A stretch of DNA of 64,000 bases from Acanthaster planci (lineage: Eukaryota), in contig NW_019091355.1 in NCBI RefSeq assembly GCF_001949145.1, forward strand, positions 5,588,517 through 5,652,516. The letters run 5' to 3'. Shown here in pieces: positions 39,601 through 54,600 of this stretch. The number at the start of each line of letters is the position of its first letter. Position 1 is the stretch's first letter. The notes under the pieces were generated by a model. It did not search any database and had not been told where the DNA came from. It worked only from the letters and a program-made list of their open reading frames with translations. A program made the translations under genes and the position numbers.

Positions 39601-42600
39601 AAGGAGGCTGCGAAGAGCGACAGCCTGTCTGCCTGCAGGAGCTGTCGACAGGAAATGGCAAAATTAAGTGATTAGACAACTTGACATTCCAAGTATGACG
39701 GGGGTGCTAACAACACCTGCTACAGACAAACACGCATTCAGTGCATGTTTTCAGTGTCGGTAACCGTCAAAGGCTGATTACACATTTGGTTTTGTTTTCA
39801 TTTTTAGTAGAAGTTTTCTTTTGAAACTTACAGCCAACAGGTTCTTGCACATGTCATCTTTGATGAGACTGAGCAGAGCAGAAAAATGAGAAATGTGATC
39901 GCATCCCGTCTCCAAGGCGATGGTCAAAAGGTTCAGACCCATGTGCATCATCAAGTCTGTGTTATGCCTGAGAGAAATGAAACACAACCTGTTTCTGAAT
40001 TTGATCCCTTTTTATTAATGCAGTTAGCAGGATACATACAGAGCTGTTACAGCAAATTCTACGATTCCGCTTACTACGAGTGAGGAATCACTTTTAACAG
40101 CATTTTTCACGGATTAAGTTAAAAAAAAGGTTCATGTGCATGGATACATCTCATAAGAGGATCTTACAAAGCCAGGTCTGGCAGAGAATTCTGTGCAAGG
40201 TCTGCAGGCAAAATTGATACTGTGGTTAACAGAGCTTCAAAGTGGGCATAGCTCTAGTGCACAACCCATATCAAAACCTATCCAAAGGTTAACAGACCAA
40301 GTCAAAATCTTGGCTTTCCACTATGACAAGCCAAGCCATTTTCTCCGAGCTACTGTAACAAATTGATGCTCACAAAAGGAAAAAAAAATCAAAACAACCA
40401 TGCGGCAAAGATACAAGTGGCAGCAACTTGCTGCTAAGCCTTTGGAATGTCTACATAGGTCTATTCCAAATCTACAGCACAGTTCACAATCGGCAATTAC
40501 CAATGGTGCTGTGTAGTTTACAGTTTCACACTCGGACATTCTCTGGAGTCAAAGACATGTACAGTTACACCTACCTGTCATATGGATTGATGAGGGAGAT
40601 GAGGAATCTCATCAACTCCCTGACACAAGGTAGCCCATAGGGTATAATGGGCCCCGAGCCTGTGGGGAACACACGCCAAAAACACTGAGTGTAGCAAAAA
40701 AGAGACTGTTTGAAATGAAACTTAAAAAAACATCTTTTGGTAAAAGCAAACACCGTGTGGGCAAATGTGAATTTGTGTGAAATATCTCAAACAAGCCTCT
40801 TCCCAAGTCAAGTTGACTCAAGTCATGTTTCGAGTGACTCAGGTCACAATCAACCACTGTCTCAAATGTGGACTCATTCTCGCTGCTGGTGACTCAAACA
40901 GCAAAACTCCTAATACTCGCATTTCATCAATACCATTGGAGGTGGTTTCTACCTAATCAATTTCTTGCATGCTATTTATAAAGACAATAGCTGTAAAAAG
41001 TGATGAAAACAAGCCTATTTTTAAATAGCCCAACCCCACTGATATCTATTTAGAGCTGTCCTTGGAGTAGCAATACTCATAACATCAGACTTGGACTGAT
41101 GTGATTCATGACAGCGACTCAAAATTGACGTCACGACTCAAATGCAAAGCGCTGCCAAGCAGATATTGCTGAACAATTTTGGAGCCAAGCACAAAGCCAG
41201 TCACAATATGCACTGCAACTCTGGTATCCTTACCATCTTTATGCCTGTGGTGGGGTGTGAACCTGACCCCCTGGGGATTGACGTATTCAGAGTCTTGCAT
41301 GGAGGCACTGTCAGAATGCTCTGTGATGGACTCAGTGTCTTCGGTACCATCCACTAAGGAATCGGATCGTTCCACATCAAGAATCTGGTCAGTCTCATCA
41401 CCCTTCTGTTAGAAAGGAACATATTTCAATACTTCCACTTCTTTCATGATATATGTTTAAATAGCTGTAGCCTCTTGAGTGATCCTTGTTCACCACTTCC
41501 CAGGCTGTGTCATGTTATTGGGGTGTGATCCCTAGCCACATGGTGTTTCAGGTTTAATGGCTTCTGGCTAGCATCCCCCAAACAGAAGATATTGACAAAT
41601 GGGAAGAGCCACCAACATAGGGCTGGATAGCTCAGTTGGACGAGCACTGGTACGGTATTCCAGATGTCGCAGGTTCAAATCCCACTCCAGTCAATTACTT
41701 TGTTCATCTTTATAATCATTCATAAGCACCTAGTCAGTTTCCCTATATAGTTTCTTTCATAATACCCCTCCAAAACAGGAGATCATCTTTCATCCAAGAT
41801 CCCATGTCTGTTGAATTTCCATTGCTTGGCAACATTACACAGCGGGGCCACTTCACAGTGTGGAGTGGTCAAACTGTGAAGTCACGATCCTTGCCATCAA
41901 TTTAAAGCATGTGTCATATCCATAACAGTCTGGCATGTGTGGACTCAATTGGGGTTAGATGTGTTAGAGTGAACAGCAAGCAAATTCTCATTTAGCCAAG
42001 AAACAGGAACTTGAATCCCTGACAACTTCTTTTAATAGAACCCATTTTTGCAGACAGAGAAACATACATGTACATGTATCGTTTCTGCTGAATGTACATG
42101 TACTGTACGGGTATGTATTACATGTACATTATATGACTTGAAAACAATTTTCAACAACCCTAGTATACTTGTCACTCTTCACTTTTGGAGTGTAAAGGTA
42201 CCATATTTTGCAGAGCAGAGAAACACATTTTTAATTTGCATGTAATATGGAAAACAACAGCATAAAAAACCCGCGCACAATTGTTCATGCTGAACAGTAC
42301 TTCCTTCTTGACTTACATTTATGCAGTTTTAATTTTAAAAAGCCTGAAAAATGCGAATGCTAAGTTAACATGTGGAAGCATTCATGTGGAAGCATTCATG
42401 TGGAAGCATTCATGTGGAAGCATTCATGTGGAAGCATTCATGTGGAAGCTAAGGGTGAAATGTGCTCATTTTTTTGAGTGAATTTACAGTAAAAGTGTTT
42501 GCTTTTCTGCCTTTGCAAACGTTTCCTGTTTGAAAATTACCATGAGTAACAACAAGAAACAAAAGCAATATTACAGCATTTAACACGCTATCGTTTAAAG

Positions 42601-45600
42601 GTGCCAATATATAATTAACAGTAACCCTGACCATCGGACTCACACTATTTGAACATTCTCGAAGCTGTCTCAGCTTCCTGGGTAGGATACAGTCCGATGC
42701 TGCCATTTCAGGTTCAAATGGCTGAATACAATAACCATATCTATGACTGTACCAAGTTACTTCTGGTTGGAGAGGGATACCTAGGGTTAAAGTGATTTTC
42801 CGAAAGTCATCTGCTAGGATTCAAACCCCTACCCCTATGATCACAATTTACTAACCCAAACCCCGAAGCCACATGTCCCTTTAAAATTAGGGAAGACAGC
42901 AGCTTGAGGGCCTCCCACCTTGTTCTCTGTAGGCTCCTCCTGCTGCTCTCCTTGCATGGAGATGACCTGACCTTGGGTTGGGGTGACGTCACTCTCTGAA
43001 GGGGTCACGGCTGAGAGCGAATCCTTCATGTCCACGCCACTGTCGAGGGATGGCGAAGGCGGCAGGGCCTGCTCGTCTGCCTCTGAGGGTACGTCCAGGG
43101 TTGACGGCAGATTGACCTGAGACTGGCTTGCTTCCGAGGAGGCAGTGGTCGCAGTGCCGGGGGTGACGGTTGTGACAGCAGACATGGTAGCGGATGCTGC
43201 TCCTGGAGATGTCGCTGTAACCGGTGCAGTCACTGTCGGGCCCAAGGCGTTGGTGTTGGATGTCGGCGGAGAAGCGGCCCCCCCTGATTGCATGGAGGGC
43301 TCGTCAGTTGGTGTGGTGGCAAGACGGTCCTTCTTGGCACGGACTTTGGGAGAGGGACGGGATTTGCGGCGGCGACTTCCGTCAGTTATGCCGCCTGGCC
43401 GCATTTTTAACTGCAAACAAGATGCTCTCAAAAATGAGCCTAAAGCTTTTGAATTATGTTGCGAAGAACATTAAAAACACTTGAAAAGAGTAGTCATATC
43501 AACATTGCTGCACTTTTATGGTATTCACATTTTATTTCTGTACAGTAACATAGACATCAGACCCTCCTGAGCAAACATACATGTACACCCTGGACAGAGC
43601 AGTCCTTTTAAAACCAGTAAAGTAACAGATGACATTTCTATGTGGTGAAGCAGAAGCAGCTTAAATTGTTTGACTGTCCATGACTGATCCAATTCAAAAA
43701 GGACATAAATGTTGCAATAGGGAGACAGTTAACATCGTTATTACCAAACGCAGTAACAATTCACATGCTCATCATCAAATTTACCGACTAGATAAAGAAA
43801 GTGAAACTGAAGAATGACTTTCTCATATCGACAAAGCAGACGAAGCAGACATCAGTGAAACTATGTGATGCTAAAACATCACGAGTACCTTTCTCATGCC
43901 CGAGAGTTTCTCCTCTTTGAACTGTGGCAATCTCGAGAAGAGCAGCTGCACCATATCAACCAGCGTGTGCTCTGCCGATCGGCGTAGAAGCTCTGAAAGG
44001 CAACCACAGTATGGAACTTGTTACTAATCTACCCGATGGGTGATCTTTGCTACAGCTCACTCAAAGTGCTTTGTAAACAGTACCTTTAAATTAAAATTAA
44101 TTTTGCAATAGCAAAATGCGAAGGAAACTTGTGAAAATAACAGAACTCTCTTTCTAAATGTGGCGAATGTAAGCAGGCAAACAAAAAAATATATGTACAA
44201 GTTTTTAGATGTGAAAAAATTGTTGACAGGTGTTTCGTGAAGACAGGAAAGACCGGATTTGTTTCATTATTTTTTTTAAAAATTTTCAAATGTGTTTTTC
44301 TAACTTACTGATATGAATTTTACAGTCGTACCAAAACTTTAGGATCGGTCATGTAACCAGACACAAAACTATTTTTTTGGACTTAAAAGGTGTATTTAAA
44401 TCCAGCCAGGCTGGCCAATCAGCTGTTTTGGTAGAGAAGTTAGACTGACGCAATTGGGCACGTGTGGTGGGCCTGATCGATTTCATTACATGAACTCAAC
44501 CTAGGCCACCAAATTTTCATGAGGGCCAGTGTGGTGCACTTCCCCACTGGCCCTGCCGTGCACTTCCCCACTGGCCCTGTGGGCCACCAAAAGATTGAAG
44601 TTAATTTCGACCCCCGCAGATTCAACAGGGCCCTAATTTCACAAAGCAGAAAATATCGTTCCGTAAAGTTACTTTGGCCAGTGACCACAAGCCAGGCAAA
44701 TATTCTCCTTTTCCAGGCAAATGTCTGAGCTTATCAGCTGTCATTAAGGTACTACAGGTTTGTGCACATTCTGGGGAAAATTCAAATTTCCTAAGCATTG
44801 GAAATACGGATTAATTATTGCCAGCTTTTTGGCCAAACTGCCATCAGCTACTGGTACATGTACATGTTTTGTGACTGATGTTCAGCCAATCTTTTCTATG
44901 CAGTAACAAAAATGTGAAGCATTGTTCCCCATTTAGCAGTCTTATGAAATTGGGCCTGGTGTATGTGCATATATGTTCACTGTGTCCTTCCCAAGTTTTT
45001 CGTAAGTACCTGGCCACAAGCCTTGATCTGTAATCCAGTACACACAAAACACTGGTAATAATGCATACAAGTGCTCTCATCAATAACAATCATGCTAACT
45101 GGCACTCACCACTTAGTCTCATCTCAAAGCAAATTCTGAAGCAAGACTGCATGATCTCACAGACAGACTCATTGGAGAGGTGTGCTCCAACAGGGGTCAG
45201 AAGTAAAGTCCTGAGAACCTGTGAAGCCAAGCAAATCAGACCCAAACGGGGAATCAGAAATGACATACATGTACAACAAAGCATGGAACCTTCATACAAT
45301 GANNNNNNNNNNNNNNNNNNNNNNNNNNNNNNNNNNNNNNNNNNNNNNNNNNNNNNNNNNNNNNNNNNNNNNNNNNNNNNNNNNNNNNNNNNNNNNNNNN
45401 NNNNNNNNNNNNNNNNNNNNNNNNNNNNNNNNNNNNNNNNNNNNNNNNNNNNNNNNNNNNNNNNNNNNNNNNNNNNNNNNNNNNNNNNNNNNNNNNNNNN
45501 NNNNNNNNNNNNNNNNNNNNNNNNNNNNNNNNNNNNNNNNNNNNNNNNNNNNNNNNNNNNNNNNNNNNNNNNNNNNNNNNNNNNNNNNNNNNNNNNNNNN

Positions 45601-48600
45601 NNNNNNNNNNNNNNNNNNNNNNNNNNNNNNNNNNNNNNNNNNNNNNNNNNNNNNNNNNNNNNNNNNNNNNNNNNNNNNNNNNNNNNNNNNNNNNNNNNNN
45701 NNNNNNNNNNNNNNNNNNNNNNNNNNNNNNNNNNNNNNNNNNNNNNNNNNNNNNNNNNNNNNNNNNNNNNNNNNNNNNNNNNNNNNNNNNNNNNNNNNNN
45801 NNNNNNNNNNNNNNNNNNNNNNNNNNNNNNNNNNNNNNNNNNNNNNNNNNNNNNNNNNNNNNNNNNNNNNNNNNNNNNNNNNNNNNNNNNNNNNNNNNNN
45901 NNNNNNNNNNNNNNNNNNNNNNNNNNNNNNNNNNNNNNNNNNNNNNNNNNNNNNNNNNNNNNNNACCAACTGCATCCAGACTTAAAGTGTAGCCCTAAAT
46001 TGCACAAGAGGTGAAATTCTGGCAAGGCCAATGTATCTCGTTAATAATCTGAACTGAAGGAGATAAGCATAGCTTCAAAAGGAAAGTCCAGAGAAAAAGT
46101 CACGCCAACGTTTAGGATGCCACTGTGTGTTTAAGCCTTAACCAAAGGTTTGGTCAGAGTTCTCATCCAAATTCCATGTCAGAAAAAATGGCCCAGAAGA
46201 AGAGATCCTGACATTTCACTGTGTTCAAATGCCACTGAAATCTAGACGCCAGGGTAACGGAGAGAGCAAACTTATATTCTGGAAATTTTTGTCTGAACAT
46301 TTGAAGCCATGGGTTACAGATGAAATATGACCAGTCTGGCACGGCCAACCAGACAAGCCCTACAAACAGAAAGCTGGGAGGAAATGACACGCAAAATTAC
46401 CTGGAGAATCTTCATGAGTACCACTTCGTCGGATCCTGGATCTGTACCAACAAACCTTGCGTGGGTGACGGCATCCGCTATGTTTTCAATCCCTGAGGTG
46501 GCACCTTCAACTGATGTGTCTGATTGTGAGGGGTATAACAATGTTACATTTGAGAATCAAGGGGGCAATTTTTGGTTCAAGTAAAAATTTGACGGAATCT
46601 GAGAGAGTCAAGAAGAAATAAAAAGAGTTGTAACTGATTAGGCATTATGTGTACATTTTTGTGGGTCTGTCAAGCAAACACATTCACAAAACAGTGTGCT
46701 ACCAAAAGGTTGCCAAGGGAGGCCATTTTTCATGTTTTATGGTAGACAAATGCATGACCACTTTGCTGTAATTTGCATTTGTGTGCATGTCAGGAAACAA
46801 CTTGGGTGAATTTTTGATAGATTGGTACATTGCATGCGCTAGAAAGAAGACATTAATAAAATTACTACTTGAAATACGCTTAGAATCTTCTTCCCGACAA
46901 CGAACATCAGAAATCAAGTTTGTTGCATGCAGCCAACAAAGAGAATTTGTTAACCATTTAACAAAGTCCCATTGCGAAAATGGCCTTTCCTTGGTACCTG
47001 TAACCTCTTAGTGGCCCTACCGAAATGTATTGTAAACTTGCTGCGTTGTTTAGGTGAAACTTAAAAAGTGATCCAATACTCGTTCACGATAAAGTGCAAA
47101 GAAAACAAGCTATTTCTTTCTTACTTACCTGCCTTTTGCAAACTTTCAAAAGGTAACCATGCTACTACAGTACATGAACATACACTTCCTACCTAGCATT
47201 CCATAGGACAGAAACTTGTTGATGGAGGACAGAGCGAAGCCTGTGATTGGTCCAGTAGTGTCTTCAGACCGGATGACATCGAGGAAAGGACATAAAAACA
47301 CATTGGGCTCTATATCTGCTATATCTGAAAGGGGGCAAAATCAAATAAAAAAAAAGACTAAGAGCCTTGCATTCCATCAAAGTCTTTCACTGAAGTTGAC
47401 TGAACTACAATGCACTTATTAGTACCTCAAATATTAAAAATCATAAAATCTATGGACTTTCGAGGCTGTGGAAATAATGTCCTTACATTTTTTAACCTGT
47501 ATCCTTTTTATTTTTAGAAGTGGATGAAAATTATTGCTCGTATTGTTTGAATATCTCCAAGGGCCAAGCTACTCCACTATATTAGTTATTGAAAAATGGC
47601 TTTTTCTCAGGACTTTCTAGTACCTGTTCTGCCTCCCCCTGCCTACATTTAAAAGCTACTGCTCTTTCACATGGTGATGTTGAGGGCATTTATACATGAC
47701 ATCTACATGTATATGTATATTGTAGCGCCGGCGGGTCAGGCCGGTGGGGGCGCCAGCTCGGACCCGCATGGAGTTGGCTGGCTGCCCCGGCTGGTATGCG
47801 AACGGCCTGCGGTTTTCCCGCCTCGCGCCTGCGCAGTCCCTACCGACGGGCGCCATGTTTAGAGCTTGTCTGAAAAACACATTGCTGTGGACGCTACAGC
47901 AATAAAACAGAGATTTCGTGACCAGAACAGCGAGTTGCGGCTGTGTGTGTATCTATACTAGCATCGGACCCTAATCCGTAGGACACGCTACAATACTCTG
48001 TACATAAATGTACAAATAAATGTATACAAGGAGACCTGTACAAATGTGCATGTGCTGTACTTGGTATAAATATTAAATACCTGACTGGCTTTTGATCAAC
48101 AGAACGGGCCAACATTAAGTCTGGAGGAATGTTCTCAGGAGAACATGCATGAGTGCATCTGATGAGTGCTTGGCTGAACAGCACGGGCTTGTAAAATACA
48201 CTATGCACAGTGAACATATACACAGCAAACGACTTTAAGAGACGGACTTGAGGATAAGGAAAATGGAAAACAAGCCATGAAAACCAAAACAAATCACATT
48301 CAGCAAGTTTCATGACTAAGTAAGCAGAGGTAAAGTCTAATGAATGCCAACAACAGTTCTGGTGTTACATGTGACACAGCCTTCAACTTCACGACACACA
48401 GATATTAGTCCTTAGTATCCTTAATGGTTTCACAAATTACCCATGGAAGCATGACATTTGCTTCACTTAATGTCCCGAACTGGCTCGTTTGCATTCTAGC
48501 CTGGACGTACAAAGCTTGATCCCACAGAAATCTGTAGTAGTCTGTGATCATTCCGCGAGTCAGATAGAAAATCTGGGACAGTTGTGAGGAAATGACTTAA

Positions 48601-51600
48601 TAAATTGTTGGCAATATCTTTTTTTACTGTTGTCGTGGCTGATACTCTTAAACATCTACATGTAACGGTTCCATGAATCATAAAAACATTTCAAACTCTT
48701 TGTTGCTGCAGGTTATGACAAATCATAATTTTCTAATTCATAAAATCCAATGACACAAAAAATGCAAACAAACTTTCTTCAAACAGAACTCTGAAAAACA
48801 TCTTGCAGTTAATGTGAAAGATGTATGCGCATGTATTAGGACACTAAGTAAACAGAAAATGAAGCAAAAAGTATGTAATTTCTTGTTGATAAATATAATG
48901 ACTACCAGGGGCTTATATCGGTAGCTAGCTCTGTGAACACAATAACTTTTAGCAGGTGCTACATAAGTATTTGAACAGTGCCCCCAGGTGTCAAATAATG
49001 TCATGTCCCTGCTTGTTAGTCCCCCTCTCCCCCGATGGAAGCTAACCCCCTATGCTAAAATAAAAAGCTGGTGAGAACACTGGACTTCAGATATGTACTG
49101 TATATACACAGGTTGTACGTATATGTATCATTTATCACGACCAGAAGCGCTTCAAATTCTTCTCATGATTTAAACTTTCAAAAAATATTTTTCTTAATAA
49201 TATAAGGTCACCTTTAATCAAATTCTGACATGAAAAGACAGTCTGTACATGTCTTTACATGAACGGTCACAATATTGACAACTACATGTACATGTACAAT
49301 GTAAGTCAGATTATGGTCACTAAAATTTCTTGTAATATATAAATGTAAAATTAGCAAAAGAAATAATTATGAGATGTTGGGTAGACTCAAGCTGCACACT
49401 TTGTATGTGAATGAATACACTACATGTGTATAGATCTGTACTCAACTGACTGATGTGGTTTGTATGCAGAGCCATACACAGGCCCACCTTATGCATGATT
49501 AATGAGATGCTTATTCCTTGTGAATAAGTAATGAGATGACAATTAAGGCACTGCTTTCCAAATGTCAGTTCTGTGGTGTACACAATCATACATGTACATA
49601 TACATGTAAGTACATGTGTATTCATCTACATGTATGTACATGTACTGTACACGTTCTTGCAATTGTACACTGCATGTTGTACATGTAACTAAGTACTGGA
49701 ATCTACACTGCAACCAATTTTGAGATCATATGCAGAACTTCTCCTTGTAATCTGCACCTTTCCAAAGAGTTCTGCTCTGTCAACAAAGCAACCCACACAT
49801 GAAAATGCTTGATCTCTATGTCAAATGAATGATGACACACTCCCTCAAATGGCATGGTGAATGAAAACAAAGCTCCCACTTCAACAATTAAGCACAGCAT
49901 ATAATAAATCTATCTAATCACTCCCTGTGTCTTAAACACGCCAATATTTCAAGATACAAGGTATTTAAATTGCTTCCATATGGAGCGAACACTGCTTCTT
50001 CACTACACGTCTTGAGTTTGTGACGTACAATGTACATGCATGCAGTGGGATCTGCATACAGGAGAATACAGGACATGTACGTGTACATGTACAGTACACA
50101 TTATACCCAATGCAAGCCGTGAGTTCCTTAGAGGATCTTATCGAGCAGATGCCAGCATGCATCCTGAGCAAAAGTCTTGGCCGTGTTGTCAGAGCAGGAA
50201 CAGTGGGAGCATGGGCACTCACATGCATTACACGTACATGTAGTTGTGCCAGAGATTGGGTTGTACAAAACAGAAAGGAAATCCATCCATGTTGACAGCA
50301 GCAAAATGGACAGGTCCATAAAATATGAACCTCATCTTGACGTCATTAGCCCTTTGTACAATTCCAACCACATGTAATATAAACGTGTACATGCACCATA
50401 CATGTATATTCCATACAGAGTGAACTGAACCAAAGACCTTAATTACAAACAAGACCAGAATAACAAATGTGATGTTTGCTTAAGTATATTAGAACATGGG
50501 CCTCACGTTGATGCCATTTCTACAAGACAATGCATGGAGGAAGGTTCTACGTGTACACATACGGTAGTACAAGTACATATACATGTACAGTACATGTACA
50601 ATGTATGAGCACATGTACATGTGCAATATAAGTCCCATACAGCTGTGAATATCAAACCATGTACCTGTACATGTACACCTGCTTAACTTACAAAACATTC
50701 AAAGGCACACCAATACTGCCATTTAATCACATTTCTGAAAGTTAATTCAGCTTTATTCATACTTAGACTGGCATTATTTGTGCCAACAACATTTTGGATG
50801 AATCCAATATCCCATCCAACAAAGATTTTTGCTCGCACACAATGTACATGTATGTACGCAAGTGTATGCGCCCCCCAACACTGAAACAATACCCCCCCAG
50901 CACGTAAACACTCTTGCCAAATGTTTACCACATTATCCTTAATCATTATAGGGTATTCCTTTTTTTAAATATTAGCCTAGACTAGTACATGTACTTTTCT
51001 CTCTTGGTACAAGTCACAAGGCATGCCTGTACCTGATTCATTCTGTCAGCTCTTTGTGAATAATTTGGAAGTAATATGTTGGCTTGTTTAGTTTTCTTGG
51101 CTTGGCCTGACAAGCTCTCCTGTTGGTGTATTATAATCTATGTACATGTGTATCTGACTGCTTCAACTTATACTGTACATGTACAATGGCAAACACCAAG
51201 ATGGAATTGAAATATTGTCACTGGTGGCCTGACGTGGAATGTTTCAGTTTCATTCACAGATTTCCTTTCTTTGATTTTTACTCAGTTTATCCTCATTTTT
51301 CCTATATATGTAAATGTACATGTCTGTGCATGTATACACTACATGTATATTGTTACCAGTCATCTTTGAAACAAAGAATTAAGGAATAAATTCCAAGTTT
51401 TCAAGATGTATTTTTTGCGTTGGGGAGATGTTTAATTTAATTAAACATTGTTAATAGTTACACAAGTTAATAGGTACCCATGCATGGACAAGAAAGCTTT
51501 GTCAGTAAGGGGGAAAATGCATTCCATCTGACAGGGGTTGTAAGCATGCCTCCAGCGAGGTTCCTGGCAGGTCACTAGGGAGGGACTAGGAGGCAAAGGA

Positions 51601-54600
51601 ACAACCACTGTGTCAAATGAGTAAACTGACAGGCTCAAACTCTGTACAAACCCACTGCCGATGCTCAAGTCAAGAGACAGAATCTGTACAGTGCAGCTAG
51701 AGGAGGAGGGAAGCTCTGACAAAGTGCAGTCTGTTTGTGGTGAATAATTCACATGTGATCATCCCCCTGAAGTCCCTCCATCTCATCTACATGCTTTGAC
51801 TTCTACATCTACATCTGACTTGCTTTGGCTGAAAAACAAATGCCTTTTTTGATATAAAAATGTCATAAAATTTGAATTTGGACCAGGATAGCATTTCTGC
51901 CCCTACATGTCGTTTTACATTTGAAGGTGTTTAGAATGAACAGCTCTAGTCCCAACGTGCAACTGTAAATCAAGATTAAGATTTCATTCCCCTATACCGG
52001 TAGCTCTGCAAACATGAGATTTACATGTACATGTACATATAATTGTGCACAACACATCAAACACTGGTCAGAGACTGGAGGAATTTCACTGAAGTTTCAA
52101 ATAAATGTACAAGTACACGACAATTATGAAAACGTGTTCGTTCAAATGCATTGCAGTGTACAGTACCAGTATCTTACATGTACATTGTACGTGTACAATA
52201 AGGGAAAGTCTGAGTTTGCCATTCTGGGCCGATTCGTAGAATTACTAAGCTCGGAAATTTGTTTAACTTTAACCTTCCTCAATCCTTCAAAATCCTCTGG
52301 GTGGTTTTGGAGGCTTTTGGAAGATTGAGGCTGCATGGCAAAACTGCAATGCTGATTACGTAGGATGCATTGCGTAGGATGCATTGTCTCAAGATTGTGG
52401 GTTCAACGTTGTGTTGCTCATGTTCAGCCATGCATATTCATGCCCACATAAGTGAAACCTCCATACTGCTCCAGCATACATGTACATTTCACACTGCCTC
52501 AACATGTAATGATGACAGGAGTTGCCAGAGGATTTTGAAGGATTGAGGCAGTGGGCACCCCTCCACGAAACATATTTGAGAAATACCTATCAGAGGATTT
52601 TGGAGGACTGAGGCTGTATCCAATTTTTTCATGGGGCAGTTGGAGGATTTCAAGGATTGAGGGTGTATCCTAGCCAAAAAGCCTGGGCGATTAGGCACGT
52701 ACATGTACGGCATGTTTCATTCCTCAACTTAGATTTGCTTAAAGTTCAGGGTCGTACACTTGAACGCCAATGAGCTTTTGTGATGGAAATGAGACGTCTG
52801 ATGGATTATTTTGTTAGTCAATGATCTTATGTAAGCAAATATACATCAGCCTTTTTTGAGCAGTGAATATTTGTTTATTTCCTTTCTTTGTGTAAAAAAA
52901 AATTGATATCCTTGCAACTGCGGTTTTCATAAGAATTAAAAACACATAAATATGAAGCCAGTGTTAAACTAAAGGCCATCTTGATGGTTATTAGCTTGCA
53001 AAAGTTTTTTTAATCGAGATTCACAAACTTAAAAATCTGGTTTGCTGTAATTTCATTCTGTCAGAACAAGTCATTGCCTAACCAAAAGTCCAGTTGATAT
53101 TCGAATAGTGTAGAATTTAGTAGGATTTAATGGTGTTGATAAAAAGCAGTTGATGATATGTCAAGGATCAATAGTCGCTTCTAATGACGAAAAAACTTTT
53201 TGCACATTTGGCTTTATCATGTGTGTCATTACAAACGTCCGTTGCAAATATATATATGTGGGGTTTATCCTCAGGAAAACCCTTACAAGAAATATTTTCA
53301 ATGGTTTATGTTGTACTCTGTGTTGGCAACACGCAGTGCAGCGTCTCCATGTGAGACTACAGCAAGCACAAGTATCGAACATTGGCTACGGCTCTTCACT
53401 GCTGCATCCTCTTATCAAAATTCGAAGCCGTAGTTGCAGGGGACAGAACCGGATTATGGCAACCCCTGTCATGCGCCGCCCCATTCAATCCATGTATTAG
53501 CTAAATTGATACACCGGCAGTGCTGGATGAACATACGTGTAGGGTTAACACAAAAAGGACATGTACATGTACGAAAAATGGCCAAAAATGCTACCAGCCA
53601 AAATAACAAGCAGTGAATACATCTACATGTAGGTCTGTATGTCACTAATTTGTGACAGTTTCAGACTTTCCTCAACATATTTGGTGCTACCTGAAAGGAT
53701 GTACATGTATGTATCTCATCCACACTTTCGTCTGGAATTAAGACTAGACCCAAGACCACAACCGACCTTTTCACTAAATTCCTAATTATGCATGCATGCG
53801 CATAAATGGCCTTGGTGGCAAGAAGTGTGAGCAGGCCATTGAAGGTATTGGGGTGCGACTTTGATGATCATTCTATTTCATGTACATGGCCTACCATTGA
53901 ACCTGCTCATAGTTTGGAGTGATACCGAAGGAAATGGCATCCAGTTGTGTTTGGGTTTGTACGAAAAGACAAAGTGCAGATTCAAAAGAGAAAGGGATCT
54001 GGTTCTTCAGATTTCTCAAGTGCAGAAAGTAGTGAATTGAATAGGTACATGTACAGTACATGTACACTGAACATCAGTACGTGTTTACAAATGCACGGGT
54101 TGCTCCAAAAAAACTAACGATGTAATTTATAGTAATTACCGGTGTGATGGAAGGGGCCATGCTAATTAGAAATGGCGATCTTGGGCGCACAGGAAAAATC
54201 CGTTTTTTACATGTACATGTAAAGTCTTCTTATAGAGCGATTAAAAATCCCGCTTAGATTAGAAACTAATAGCAAAATGATTTAATGAAGAAAAAACTGA
54301 ACAAAGCCAGAAAAGCTGAGAGAAAAATGATCATCAAAGTTGCACCCCTATACCTTTTCAATGGCCCGCTCACACTTCTTGCCGCCAAAGCTGTTTGTGC
54401 GCATGCGTGCATAATTATGAATTTAGCAGTGAAAAGGTCTACATGTGCATGCACTGTACATACATTAATGACAAGTGTTAAAGATAAGTGTGTGGTACAC
54501 ATACATGTACATGTATACATGTACAGTGCGTGCTGATAGTGAATCTCATCAAACATGTCAAAACTGGCTTTGAAAGATACATTCATGTGCACAGATGTAC

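Noticed and set aside
41621..41693. Functional tRNA gene
   Set aside because: T stem mismatched, anticodon loop lacks U33, and no immediate T-run terminator; better explained as a SINE head or pseudogene.
51441..53616. Nested gene in the large GBF1 intron (ORFs at 51441-51752 and 53150-53500)
   Set aside because: No splice-consistent chain, no recognisable motif, and composition typical of random intronic ORFs.
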